Source: an uncultured Nitrospiraceae bacterium
GTDB lineage: Bacteria; Nitrospirota; Nitrospiria; Nitrospirales; Nitrospiraceae
Direction: 5' to 3'
Assembly: GCA_963706325.1 (NCBI GenBank)
Contig: CAVPLT010000005.1
Location: forward strand, 128,001 to 192,000
Length of the DNA: 64,000 bases
The notes beneath the pieces were generated by a model that searched no databases, was not told where the DNA came from, and was given only the letters and a program-made list of their open reading frames with translations. Positions within the stretch are counted from its first letter, which is position 1; each line of letters opens with the position of its first letter. This document shows positions 10,075-21,160 of the stretch, in pieces. A program made the translations under genes and the position numbers.

Positions 10075-11601
10075 GTGAGTGGTCCAGCCTCCCCACTGCA
10101 CATCACTACAGTATCTTTCACGGCTCAGGACCTGGCGTTGTTCAGTGCTGCCAGTCACGACCGGAACCCACTCCATATATCGGAGGAGTACGCCCGGGCC
10201 ACGCCCTATGGCGAACCCGTCGTGTTCGGGATTGTTGGGGCATTGGCTGCCCTCGGACAGCTCCCCCAGCAGGAGGAAAGAGTCCTACAGCGAGTCGAGC
10301 TCGAGTTCCGGAATCCACTCACCGTGGGAATGCCGTACCTTGTGAAAGTGGGCGAGCCGTCGACAGACCGGGCGTCCGTCAGACTCTATGATGCGGCTCG
10401 TTTGATGCTCAAAGCGACCTTCAGGTTTCTGCCTGGACCTAAGCAGGCGCGAGCGCACTCCATTAAAGAGGCGCCTGGTCCTACGGAGGCGGAGGACCGG
10501 CAGCGCGGGAGCTTTCGCGTAGGCGACTGCGTGAGAGGTATCTATGGTCCCGTTACCCGTCCGTTCCTGCAAGTGATTGAACGCTGGGGGCTTACTTCCA
10601 AGGGAGCGACCGCGATGCAGATCGCGGCAATGATGTGGGCAAGTTTTATGGTCGGAATGAAATTGCCCGGAAAACGCGCGATGTTTTGGCGATTGATGCT
10701 CGATTTCCATCCTGAAGATGGAAACCAGAAGGAACCGTTTTCATACGAGCTGACCGTTCAGGACTTCGACGAACGAGTCGATCTGCTTCATACCCTAGGC
10801 AGTCTTTCCTTAGGCGGCAGGATCTGCGCGGCGGCGCAGATGTGGGCCTTTGTGCGGCAGGATTCTCCCACACCGTCACTCCGTCAGATCACAAATCTTG
10901 CGCCACCTTCCGACCAGTTGAAAGGTAAGGTGGCATTGGTCATCGGTGGTAGTCGCGGCCTCGGTGCTGCGATCACCCAGGCATTGGCTTCGCAGGGGTG
11001 CACAGTCCTGGTGAACTATCATCAAAGCAATGCGGAGGCTGAGCACATTCGGACAAGTCTTGGAGACCAATCCCGCCTGATTAAGTTGGTGCAGGGGGAT
11101 GCTGCGGATGTTGAATGGTGCGAGGCCATGCGTCAGAATGTCCTTGCGCAGTACGGCGGTCTTGATGTGCTGGTGTGCAACGCCGCACCACCTATTCGCC
11201 CGCTGACGTTTGCGCCGGAGAAGCTCGCGCAGTTTCAGGACTTCATCGCGCGCAGTGTGGCGCTGGTCGGTTTACCCATGTCCAGTTTCCTGGATACGTT
11301 ATCTGAGCGTTCGGGGTGGAATGTGGTGATCTCATCGGCATTCGTGAAAGATCCCCCCGCAGATTGGCCGCACTACGTGACGGCCAAATGCGCCGTCGAG
11401 GGACTGGTGCACTGGGCCTCCGCTCAGCATCCGAAAGTGCGCAGTCTGATCGTCCGGCCGCCGAAGTTGCTGACGGATCAAACCAACACGACTTTCGGTC
11501 GGCAAGGGGCCATGCGGGTTGAGCAGGTGGCCACGGCGGTAGTCGGACAGCTCTGTCGCCCCGGGTTTCCCCAGACCGTGCAGGTACTGGACAGATTCTA
11601 A
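10075..11601 (+). CDS. MaoC-like dehydratase / SDR ketoreductase fusion
   Basis: N-terminal FSAASHDRNPLH hot-dog motif; C-terminal GGSRGLG, VCNAA, YVTAK. Confidence 0.88.
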   Translation: MSGPASPLHITTVSFTAQDLALFSAASHDRNPLHISEEYARATPYGEPVVFGIVGALAALGQLPQQEERVLQRVELEFRNPLTVGMPYLVKVGEPSTDRASVRLYDAARLMLKATFRFLPGPKQARAHSIKEAPGPTEAEDRQRGSFRVGDCVRGIYGPVTRPFLQVIERWGLTSKGATAMQIAAMMWASFMVGMKLPGKRAMFWRLMLDFHPEDGNQKEPFSYELTVQDFDERVDLLHTLGSLSLGGRICAAAQMWAFVRQDSPTPSLRQITNLAPPSDQLKGKVALVIGGSRGLGAAITQALASQGCTVLVNYHQSNAEAEHIRTSLGDQSRLIKLVQGDAADVEWCEAMRQNVLAQYGGLDVLVCNAAPPIRPLTFAPEKLAQFQDFIARSVALVGLPMSSFLDTLSERSGWNVVISSAFVKDPPADWPHYVTAKCAVEGLVHWASAQHPKVRSLIVRPPKLLTDQTNTTFGRQGAMRVEQVATAVVGQLCRPGFPQTVQVLDRF

Positions 11602-11696
11602 GCGCGAAGCAGGCGCGGTCCCGCTGTGCATAAGGCGATCGCTGACAATTGATACGGAACGGATCGCAGGACGCGATCGAAACTTGGGAGTAGACA

Positions 11697-11933
11697 ATGG
11701 AGTTGCACGACCGACTGGAAGAAGTATTCCGGCAAGTGTTCGATAATGAGGATCTTCTCCTGGCCGATGAGATGAAGGCGACGGATATTGAAGGATGGGA
11801 TTCGGTCACTCATATCAATTTGATGTTTGGCATCGAGCAGGCGTTCGGCGTCCGGTTCAAGGGTAACGAGCTTGCAGACATGAAAAATATCGGGGAGCTC
11901 AAACAGTTTCTGACCACGAAAAGTGGCCGGTAG
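11697..11933 (+). CDS. Acyl carrier protein
   Basis: 78 aa acidic protein with GWDSVTH phosphopantetheine site. Confidence 0.92.
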   Translation: MELHDRLEEVFRQVFDNEDLLLADEMKATDIEGWDSVTHINLMFGIEQAFGVRFKGNELADMKNIGELKQFLTTKSGR

Positions 11934-12153
11934 GCCGTTGAAGCGCTGCAGATCTTCCTGGTGCTAGAATCCTTCGGGTCTATTACTGCTGCAACCCCGT
12001 CGCTGGCGTGATCGAGGGTTCAGGTTGCACTCTTAGGCAAGGTGATCTCAGACTGGAATCTGGTGGCTGTGGGACCCGCAGCGTCATCACCATCTACCGT
12101 TGGATGGGTGATGCTTCGGGAGTATGAAATGTACCTTCGCGGATCTAATTTAA

Positions 12154-13425
12154 ATGGGTGACCTCGCGGTTCAAGTCGACAGATTAGCGAAGCGTTATCG
12201 CCTGGGGGCGACCCATGCCCACGACGGGTCCCTGGCCGGCGCGTTGACTCGGGGGGTACGCAATATGCTGGGCCGGCGGGCAGGGCCGTCCCCCGTCAGC
12301 GACGTCCTGTGGGCGCTCCGCGACGTGTCCTTCGAGATCAAAAAAGGCGAAGTCTTTGGGATCATCGGCACGAATGGGTCGGGAAAAAGTACGCTCCTCA
12401 AGATCCTCTCCCGGGTGACGGAGCCCACGCAGGGCCGGGCGGTGATCAATGGACGCTTCTGCGGTCTGCTGGAAGTGGGGACGGGCTTCCATCCGGAATT
12501 GACCGGCCGCGATAACGTGTACATGAGCGGGGCCATTCTCGGCATGAAGCGCCAGGAAATAGCCCGAAAGTTCGACGAAATCGTGGCGTTCGCCGAAGTG
12601 GAGCAGTTTATCGACACGCCGGTGAAGCATTATTCCAGCGGGATGTATGTCCGATTGGGATTCTCGGTCTTGGCCCACATGGACCCGGACATTCTCATTG
12701 TCGATGAGGTGCTGGCCGTGGGGGATGTCCGCTTCCAGAAAAAGTGCATGGGCAAGATGGAGGACGTGGGGCAGCAGGGGCGGACGGTGATCTTGGTGTC
12801 GCACGACATGCCGGCCATCACTCGGATGTGCAAACGCGCAATGCTCCTGAATAAGGGCCAAGTCGTGCAGGAAGGGTCGGCGCATGAGGTCGTCAATCAC
12901 TACCTCCATGCCGGCCACCTCAAACCCGATAAAGAGTGGCAGGACCCTGCTCAGGCGCCGGGGAACGAGGTGGTGCGCATGCGGGCCGCACGGGTGCAGA
13001 CCGTGTCGGGCATGGTCATGGATCGATTTGATATCCGAAAACCGATCGACCTCGAAGTGGAATTTGATGTGGTGAAGCCGGGGCATGTCTTCGTGCCGGT
13101 CTTCAACCTGTATAATGAGGAGGACGCCGTTATCTTCATCGCCCATGACCGCGATAAGTTATGGCAGCGAACCCCTCGTCCCGTCGGTCGATATGTGTCG
13201 ACCGCTCGAATTCCTGGGAACTTTCTTTCCGAAGGGGTCATTACCGTCTCGCCGATCATGCTGACGGAGGATCCTTTTCGGCTGCATGCCCATGCCCCTC
13301 GTGTGCTGGGCTTTCGAGTGGATGATACGGGGACCGGGGACTCGGCTCGAGGAGACTTTCATGGTCGATGGCCAGGATTCGTGCGCCCGCTACTGGAATG
13401 GAAGACTCGATTTACGCCAGCCTAG
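12154..13425 (+). CDS. wzt: Polysaccharide ABC exporter ATP-binding subunit with C-terminal carbohydrate-binding domain (Wzt-like)
   Basis: GTNGSGKST, GFHPELTGRDN, YSSGMYVRL, DEVLAVGD..FQKKC; extra Wzt_C-like domain. Confidence 0.9.
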   Translation: MGDLAVQVDRLAKRYRLGATHAHDGSLAGALTRGVRNMLGRRAGPSPVSDVLWALRDVSFEIKKGEVFGIIGTNGSGKSTLLKILSRVTEPTQGRAVINGRFCGLLEVGTGFHPELTGRDNVYMSGAILGMKRQEIARKFDEIVAFAEVEQFIDTPVKHYSSGMYVRLGFSVLAHMDPDILIVDEVLAVGDVRFQKKCMGKMEDVGQQGRTVILVSHDMPAITRMCKRAMLLNKGQVVQEGSAHEVVNHYLHAGHLKPDKEWQDPAQAPGNEVVRMRAARVQTVSGMVMDRFDIRKPIDLEVEFDVVKPGHVFVPVFNLYNEEDAVIFIAHDRDKLWQRTPRPVGRYVSTARIPGNFLSEGVITVSPIMLTEDPFRLHAHAPRVLGFRVDDTGTGDSARGDFHGRWPGFVRPLLEWKTRFTPA

Positions 13426-13605
13426 CACAGCGGCAGAATGGTATCGCATCATCATATAGATCACTTCCCTCAAGCAAGTTGCTTCACATTGACATGACGT
13501 CCTGATTCTGGCTACGGTCCGACCGTTAGGACATTTTGCGCCGCGAAGAATCAGGGCGGGACGCCCTCATTCGACGCGATCGCAGGGAAATTCTCGTAAG
13601 GCGCC

Positions 13606-13995
13606 ATGAATGCCAAGATACTTGGGGCAGGGTTGTTGCTTGCGCTCTTGAACGGATGCACGACTGTCGCACAAGTGACGACATTGGCGGAGGAATCCTG
13701 TCATCGCGCGATGCAGGATCAGCTGGAATCGATTCTCACTGAGGAGCACGAACCACCAGAGATGGCGAATCGTTTGGCCGTAAATACGACCACGGTACTG
13801 GCCACCGGTGCGCTTGGACCTCGCCCCTTTGGAGTCTCGTCGCCGTCGGGTGCCGACTACAGTTTTTTTATCCAGCGCAAGGGCGACGAATGTCTGTTGC
13901 GACTGTACGGGCGGCAGAAGGGTTTTACTCGCTACACGAATAACTTGACCTATATTGCCACGCGATCGCTGGAGGCTTGTGCCTGCGCCGAGTAG
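13606..13995 (+). CDS. Hypothetical lipoprotein
   Basis: Signal peptide with lipobox LNGC; additional Cys residues. Confidence 0.7.
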   Translation: MNAKILGAGLLLALLNGCTTVAQVTTLAEESCHRAMQDQLESILTEEHEPPEMANRLAVNTTTVLATGALGPRPFGVSSPSGADYSFFIQRKGDECLLRLYGRQKGFTRYTNNLTYIATRSLEACACAE

Positions 13996-14284
13996 CCGGT
14001 TGCACCGTCAGGCGCTTGTAACGGCCGTCCAATGCTATCTTTTTCCACTCGGGGAGAGTCAACCCAGCATAGTGCAGCGTCTGGTCCTGCTTTCTGAGGA
14101 GTGCCCTTCCATTGAGCCTTGCCGGGGCACCGGATACCTAGCATAGCGAGACGAGCGCATGAAGCGGGGCGTTGTGATAGGTTTGCGAGGAAGGGCTGAC
14201 GTCAGCCTGTGTGGGGTAAGGGCTTCGGACAAGGACGGTGCGCTTGATCAGTTGCGCAAGGGGCACCCAAGGGGCAAATCTGTG

Positions 14285-14521
14285 TTAGAGCCCAGGGATG
14301 GGATGAGGTAGGTCCTTGGTGCCCAAGGTCTGGCGCCACTCTCCCACGATCTGGTCCCGTTCTTCCATGCTCATGCCTGCGTACTTACGGAACATCTGTG
14401 GTCCTCGTCGGCGCCGCCACGTGAGAAAGCCGAGAAAGTGGTCTTTGCAGACGGAACGGGTTCCGGCCGGGGCGTAGACGTGCGCCTGACATCCTTCGAT
14501 GATACAAACCTGTCCGCTCAT
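14285..14521 (-). CDS. Small hypothetical protein with putative Zn-binding C-x4-C-x13-C-x2-H motif
   Basis: MSGQVCIIEGC...VCKDH; GGGAGG RBS upstream of ATG 14521. Confidence 0.6.
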   Translation of the reverse strand: MSGQVCIIEGCQAHVYAPAGTRSVCKDHFLGFLTWRRRRGPQMFRKYAGMSMEERDQIVGEWRQTLGTKDLPHPIPGL

Positions 14522-14752
14522 CGGTGCCTCCCTTAATTCCCGCAAAGTATGCCGGAGATCGACCCGCAATTGCAATTCGCTCCGGCGGCGCCGCTTCCAC
14601 ATCCGACAGTGAAGCAGGCGGAGGAAGCAGGTGCCATCGGCGGTGGCTGCACGATCGGTAGTCTCTTGCGGAGGGATATTCCCCTTGCAATCGTGACAAG
14701 CAGCCAGGTACCGTACCGCGATCTCTTGCAGAGTTTAGAACTCGGGTATGCT

Positions 14753-14998
14753 ATGACAATGCAGGTCATATCGGTGGTCGGAGCGCTCATGGTGCTTTTC
14801 GCCTATGGCCTGATCCAAGCCGGAACCTGGCGTGAATTAGATGCAGGATACCTGGCGCTGAATATTGTTGGGTCGCTGCTTTTGGGAATCGTCGCTTTAG
14901 AGGATCGGCGGGTGGGGTTCGTGCTGCTGGAATTCGCATGGGCCGGGATTGCGATGGTCGGAGTCGCCCGAGCGGTTCGTGCCAGACGCGGCCTCTAG
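14753..14998 (+). CDS. Small membrane protein (CBU_0592-like)
   Basis: Three hydrophobic helices; GA..VL.AY.L.Q, YLALN..GS.LL, GF..LE..W pattern. Confidence 0.7.
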   Translation: MTMQVISVVGALMVLFAYGLIQAGTWRELDAGYLALNIVGSLLLGIVALEDRRVGFVLLEFAWAGIAMVGVARAVRARRGL

Positions 14999-15060
14999 CC
15001 AAGTGAGATGTGCGGGATGTACGACAGACATCGACTAGTCATGTAACGAAGGAGCAAGGA

Positions 15061-15546
15061 ATGATGGCAGGGTTATTGTCGGCAGATGAAATATTCGAGC
15101 AGGCCAAGAATGCGGCCGCCGCAGCGACCAATCAGGACGAGAAGGCGCTTCAGATCGACTATGATGCGTTACAGCTCAAGTTCCGGGCGGCCCTCGGCGA
15201 TCGCAAGGTGGCGCGATGCCACATCAATAAATTTCTTCCAGAAGGGTATGAGGATCAAGGGCGGTTCAACTTGGTGCTGCTGACCGCCGGGAACGTGATT
15301 TTCGATATCGTCATCGGAGATTCATATTTTCGGTATGATGTCGTGTCCGTCGGGCATTTGGACAAGGTTCAGGTCATCGATGCCATGTGGGACAATCGTG
15401 AGAAGCGCCAGGAGGAGCCGTTCTTGAGTCTTCGACTTATGCACGCCGAGGAGACGCATTTGCTGCTCGCGTTGGATGACGAAGCACGGAAGAGCCTGCT
15501 GGGATTTGCATCAGCCGTGTCGGCCGTGCGAAATCCTGAAAAGTAG
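15061..15546 (+). CDS. Hypothetical protein
   Basis: 161 aa ORF with AAGGA RBS and protein-like composition. Confidence 0.7.
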   Translation: MMAGLLSADEIFEQAKNAAAAATNQDEKALQIDYDALQLKFRAALGDRKVARCHINKFLPEGYEDQGRFNLVLLTAGNVIFDIVIGDSYFRYDVVSVGHLDKVQVIDAMWDNREKRQEEPFLSLRLMHAEETHLLLALDDEARKSLLGFASAVSAVRNPEK

Positions 15547-15600
15547 ATGACCTTTGCCATCTCGAAAACCGGGGGCGCGCGGTGTTAGTGACTGGGAACC

Positions 15601-15890
15601 TCGCAGGATGCTCAAAGTGGCCGTTCAGCAAGGCCGCAGCGAGGTCCGCGGCGCGAAGAATAATGAGCGCCATGTTTGTGGACGCCGGCGAGCCGGCAGT
15701 GACTGAGGGCCGAAGCGTCACGTTCTTACCCGCCCACCCCGTGCTTGCAGGGACAGGTGGATTGTCCCATGCGGGGTACGTTGAGGCGCTGAGGTTCACG
15801 ACGCGCTGAATATGCTGCGTCACGTTTGTGAACGCCGCAGAGATAGTGAGGCGGTAGTGTCTCGCGAGAACGCCACTGGCGGGCGTTCTA
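15601..15890 (-). repeat. Palindromic MITE/REP-like element, long modular copy
   Basis: Reverse complement matches the element at 32563-32758; contains an internally duplicated module; abuts the TAG stop (15888-15890) of the gcvT-like gene. Confidence 0.8.
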
Positions 15891-16979
15891 AGAGCGAACG
15901 TAGAACGGAAGCGTATGGACGGTTGCCGGGTGGCGCGTCCCAGCCACTTCCACCGTGAGTGCCGTATCAGGAGTAGAAAAGTCGCGCAGTGGAAATCCGA
16001 GGGCCAGGACGGCGTTCCGCTGCGGCGAGAAGACCGCGCTGCTCACCCATCCCACCTCCCGGTCGCCACTAAACAGTTTTGAACCTTTGGGCGGGACCGT
16101 CTTATCCTTGAGGACCAGGCCCACGAGGCGCCGGCGGACGTTGCCGTAGGTATCCATCCGTGCCACCACTTCCTGTCCCGGGTAACAACCTTTCGAGAGG
16201 CTGAAGGCCTTTCCTTCCAAATTGGCTTCCGGCGGCACGATCTCTTCGTTCAAGTCGGCGCCTGCCTTGGGTAAGCCGGCTTCGATCCGTAGGGCTTCAC
16301 GCGCCTGCGCTCCAACGGGCTTCATGCCCAAAGGGGCGCCAGCCGTCATGAGCTGCTCCCAGGCTGTCGCAATCGCAGTGACTGGTAGGAGCACTTCATA
16401 ATCCGCTTCACCCGTTTCTTCTGTGCGGAGGATCAGCGCGGGATCCCCGCCGATGGTGACGGAGAGGGTGTGCAACAGGTCAAGGGTGTGGACGTCGCTG
16501 TCGAACGCCGCCGTCACCGCCTCTGCGGATTTCGGTCCGCTCACCAGCAGCAGTCCCCAGCTCTCGGCGCAATTCTCCAACTTGGCCTTGGTGCCGTACA
16601 GGAGAAATTTTCGCAGCGCTTGAAACGTGGCATCACCCACCTCGCCCACATCTTCGATCCATACAGCTTCAGGTTGGACGTAGACCCGGAAATAGCCGAG
16701 CATTTTCCCCTTATGGGTGAGGAAGCTGGAGTAGCGACCCTGACCTGCTTGGAGAGGAAGGAGGTCGTTGCTGATGATGCTCTGCAGCCACTTGATGCGA
16801 TCATCGCCGGTCACCCGGCACTTGCCCCGATGAGACAGGTCTGACAGGCCGACGGCCCCGCGGACGGCCGCATGCTCCGCTACGACATTGCCATACTGTA
16901 CTGGAATGGCCGAGCCAGCCACGTCATCGAACGTGGCGCCGAGTTGAAGATGCTGGTTGTGGAGGGGAGATTGTTTCAT
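15888..16979 (-). CDS. GcvT-family aminomethyltransferase / YgfZ-like folate-binding protein
   Basis: DLSHRGK, LRIEAG, KGCYPGQEVVAR motif. Confidence 0.9.
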   Translation of the reverse strand: MKQSPLHNQHLQLGATFDDVAGSAIPVQYGNVVAEHAAVRGAVGLSDLSHRGKCRVTGDDRIKWLQSIISNDLLPLQAGQGRYSSFLTHKGKMLGYFRVYVQPEAVWIEDVGEVGDATFQALRKFLLYGTKAKLENCAESWGLLLVSGPKSAEAVTAAFDSDVHTLDLLHTLSVTIGGDPALILRTEETGEADYEVLLPVTAIATAWEQLMTAGAPLGMKPVGAQAREALRIEAGLPKAGADLNEEIVPPEANLEGKAFSLSKGCYPGQEVVARMDTYGNVRRRLVGLVLKDKTVPPKGSKLFSGDREVGWVSSAVFSPQRNAVLALGFPLRDFSTPDTALTVEVAGTRHPATVHTLPFYVRS

Positions 16980-17012
16980 ACTGTGATGCGTACTCTCTCT
17001 GGTGCTCAGCCC

Positions 17013-17399
17013 TCACGGTTGAACGGACGGCTGATGGTGAATAAGTTCCTCAACGAGGTCCTTGGTGCGCGATGAAAACTCGTTCCGGGATACCACCTTC
17101 GTCACGCCGAGCTCCTTCGCCCGTCTCCACGTGTCCACTTCTTCGTGATTGGCGAAGGCGAGGATGGGGAACGAGCGCAGAGCCGGATTGGCCTGAAGGG
17201 CTTCCAAGGCTTTGAAGGCATCCACTCCCAAATCGTTCATATTGATGATCATGGCAGCGGGATTGGACGAAGCCGCTTTTTGCGCCACTTCGTCTTGGCT
17301 GCGGATTCGTTCCAACGTGTAGCCTTGTGGACGCAACGCGTCACGCACCTTCGTGTAGAAGAAGATGTCGGTGACGGCCACTAGGATGGTGCTATTCAT
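17013..17399 (-). CDS. Atypical stand-alone receiver domain protein
   Basis: ILVAVTD, MIINMN (Asn at the phospho-Asp position), PILAFANH, GVTKVVSR. Confidence 0.7.
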   Translation of the reverse strand: MNSTILVAVTDIFFYTKVRDALRPQGYTLERIRSQDEVAQKAASSNPAAMIINMNDLGVDAFKALEALQANPALRSFPILAFANHEEVDTWRRAKELGVTKVVSRNEFSSRTKDLVEELIHHQPSVQP

Positions 17400-17411
17400 C
17401 GTGTCTATCGG

Positions 17412-17927
17412 TCAATTCAGTGAGCTGATGAGCCGCCCCAGGGCTTTCTTCGCCAACGCATAGTCCGGATTGAGGGCGAGGGCTTGTTTATAGCAGTCGA
17501 TGGCCTCGCTCCACTTGCCTTGGCGTTCATACACGCGGCCGAGGTTCAAATGGGGGAACGCCGGACTTTCGTACCGTCTGGCCTGCATGGCTTTTTGAAA
17601 CCAGGGAATGGCTTCGTCCAAATCGCCCTTCTCGATCAGATAGGCGCCGATGTCGTTGTAGGGGTTGCCAAAGTCGGGATCGCAGGAGATCGCCTTGTGA
17701 CATTCATCGATCGCCTCGTCTAGCTTGCCCATGAAGCTATAGGTCCATCCGAGAAAGGTATAGGCTTCCGCTGTCTGGTGTGTCGCCAATGAAAGCTTGT
17801 AGAGGTTGACGGCTTCCTCCAGCTGACCTTTCATTTGTTGCTCGTAGGCTTGCTGGAAAATCTGCCAGGCTTCGCGCTTGTCTTCCTCGCTGCCGTCGCC
17901 CTGTATGAGAAAATCTTGCACATCCAT
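17412..17927 (-). CDS. Tetratricopeptide repeat protein
   Basis: Repeated AY..LG...Y..A...Y.KAL..P TPR pattern. Confidence 0.9.
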   Translation of the reverse strand: MDVQDFLIQGDGSEEDKREAWQIFQQAYEQQMKGQLEEAVNLYKLSLATHQTAEAYTFLGWTYSFMGKLDEAIDECHKAISCDPDFGNPYNDIGAYLIEKGDLDEAIPWFQKAMQARRYESPAFPHLNLGRVYERQGKWSEAIDCYKQALALNPDYALAKKALGRLISSLN

Positions 17928-18023
17928 GGTCGCGTACGTCCTATCTGTCGACTGCCTTCCTCCAGCGCTCGCAGCGATGAAAAGTGTGCTCCGCGCGTTG
18001 CGGGAGCAGACCGTTCGTCTCCG

Positions 18024-18824
18024 CTACTTCTGCTGCAACCTCTTCTGAATCAATTCCGCCCCATAACGGCCCGATAGCAGCATCGAACCGAAGGCCGGGC
18101 CCATCCGTGGCGTACCGAACACCGCCGCGACGGCCAATCCGATGACGAAACAATTGGGAGAGACTTCGCCGGTCCGATCCATGACCTCTTCTTCCGACCG
18201 CGACACCCACATGGCGCCGTTGCCCGGCACCTGTGAATACAGCCCGCGTTTGTGCAGGAGATTGACCACCACTGCATCATGTCCGGTCGCGTCGACGACG
18301 AGTTTACTCTCCAGGGCGATCGGATCGACATGGATAATGTCATGGCCGGCCATTTCAGCGGTGGTGCTGTTGACCACGACACCTTCGAGCACGCCCTCCC
18401 CGCGCAGGATCAAATCGACCACTCGCGTCAGGTTCATGATCTTCGCGCCGGCATCGTAGGCGGCGGCAATCAGCGCGCCTGTGGCATGCGGAGGGTCGAC
18501 CATATACATGCCGGGGCATTCCTTGATCTGCTTACAAGGTACGCCCACCTCTTTGAGGATTTTGTGGGCTGGGGCGCAGATCGTCGCTTTATTCATCAAA
18601 TAGCCGCCGGACCAAAACCCACCCCCCAGCGCGAGGCTCTGCTCCACGATGAGGGTCTTGACGCCCATCCTGGCCAGGTCGTGAGCGCAGATCAAGCCGG
18701 AAGGTCCGGCGCCGACGATAATGACGTCGCTCTCGATGAGTTGATCGAACTCTTTATAATATTCCCGCGCGATGTGGCGGGTCACGTCGCGCTCTCGTAG
18801 TGGCGCCGGTTTTGGCTTCCCCAT
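18024..18824 (-). CDS. thi4: Thi4-family thiazole synthase, non-Cys (His) type
   Basis: DVIIVGAGPSGL, LGGGFWSGG, HVDP, DATGHDA, PRMGPAFGSMLLSG; downstream of thiC. Confidence 0.92.
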   Translation of the reverse strand: MGKPKPAPLRERDVTRHIAREYYKEFDQLIESDVIIVGAGPSGLICAHDLARMGVKTLIVEQSLALGGGFWSGGYLMNKATICAPAHKILKEVGVPCKQIKECPGMYMVDPPHATGALIAAAYDAGAKIMNLTRVVDLILRGEGVLEGVVVNSTTAEMAGHDIIHVDPIALESKLVVDATGHDAVVVNLLHKRGLYSQVPGNGAMWVSRSEEEVMDRTGEVSPNCFVIGLAVAAVFGTPRMGPAFGSMLLSGRYGAELIQKRLQQK

Positions 18825-18840
18825 GCTGTCTTTCCCTTCA

Positions 18841-18958
18841 CCGACCGTTGAAATGGCTTCCGACTTCGTTTTCGGCTCTTCCAAGTCCTCAACGTACCCT
18901 GATGTACGCCTCCGGTTTGGGCTCGCTTGTGGCCTCAACGGAGCCATTCTGACCAGCC

Positions 18959-18961
<3 letters not shown>
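18841..18961 (+). repeat. Degenerate copy of the palindromic element
   Basis: GTTGAAATGGCTTCCG ... CTCAACGTAC-CCTGAT-GTACGCCTC ... CTCGCTTGTGGCC ... CGGAGCCATTCTGACCA; right end abuts the thiC stop codon. Confidence 0.7.
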
Positions 18962-20893
<1,932 letters not shown>

Positions 20894-20920
20894 TCATCGA
20901 AGGTGAGCGCTCGACGGCCA

Positions 20921-20955
20921 AATAAAAAAAGCCGCATCCAGCTTGGGTGCGGCTT
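20921..20955 (-). terminator. Intrinsic terminator (riboswitch expression platform)
   Basis: Minus strand AAGCCGCACCCAAGCTGGATGCGGCTTTTTTTATT: GC stem-loop followed by a U-tract, between the aptamer and thiC. Confidence 0.85.
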
Positions 20956-20983
20956 GAAGCGATCACGAAGCCAGTGAACCGGT

Positions 20984-21068
20984 CGCTTCCCTACGCTGGT
21001 ATTACCCAGGTCAGGTTGTGAGGGTCGCCCGATCACTCGGACTCTCAGCCGGATGGCACCCCTAGCTG
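20984..21068 (-). ncRNA. TPP riboswitch
   Basis: Minus strand AGGGGTGCC...GCTGAGA...ACCC...ACCTGA-CCTGGGTAATACCAGCGTAGGGAAG matches the THI-box consensus upstream of thiC. Confidence 0.95.
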
Positions 21069-21160
21069 TTAAGAGTGATCGTAACGACCCCTCATGGCGA
21101 AGTCAATCTTCCGGAAGGCCTAGTGGCTGGGGGGCTTCAGGGTAGCAAGTCCTGGTCGGT

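Noticed and set aside
12184..13146. 320-aa antisense ORF
   Set aside because: Shadow of wzt.
18825..18947. N-terminal extension of Thi4
   Set aside because: Runs through a repeat copy; ATG 18824 with an upstream purine-rich RBS is the better start.
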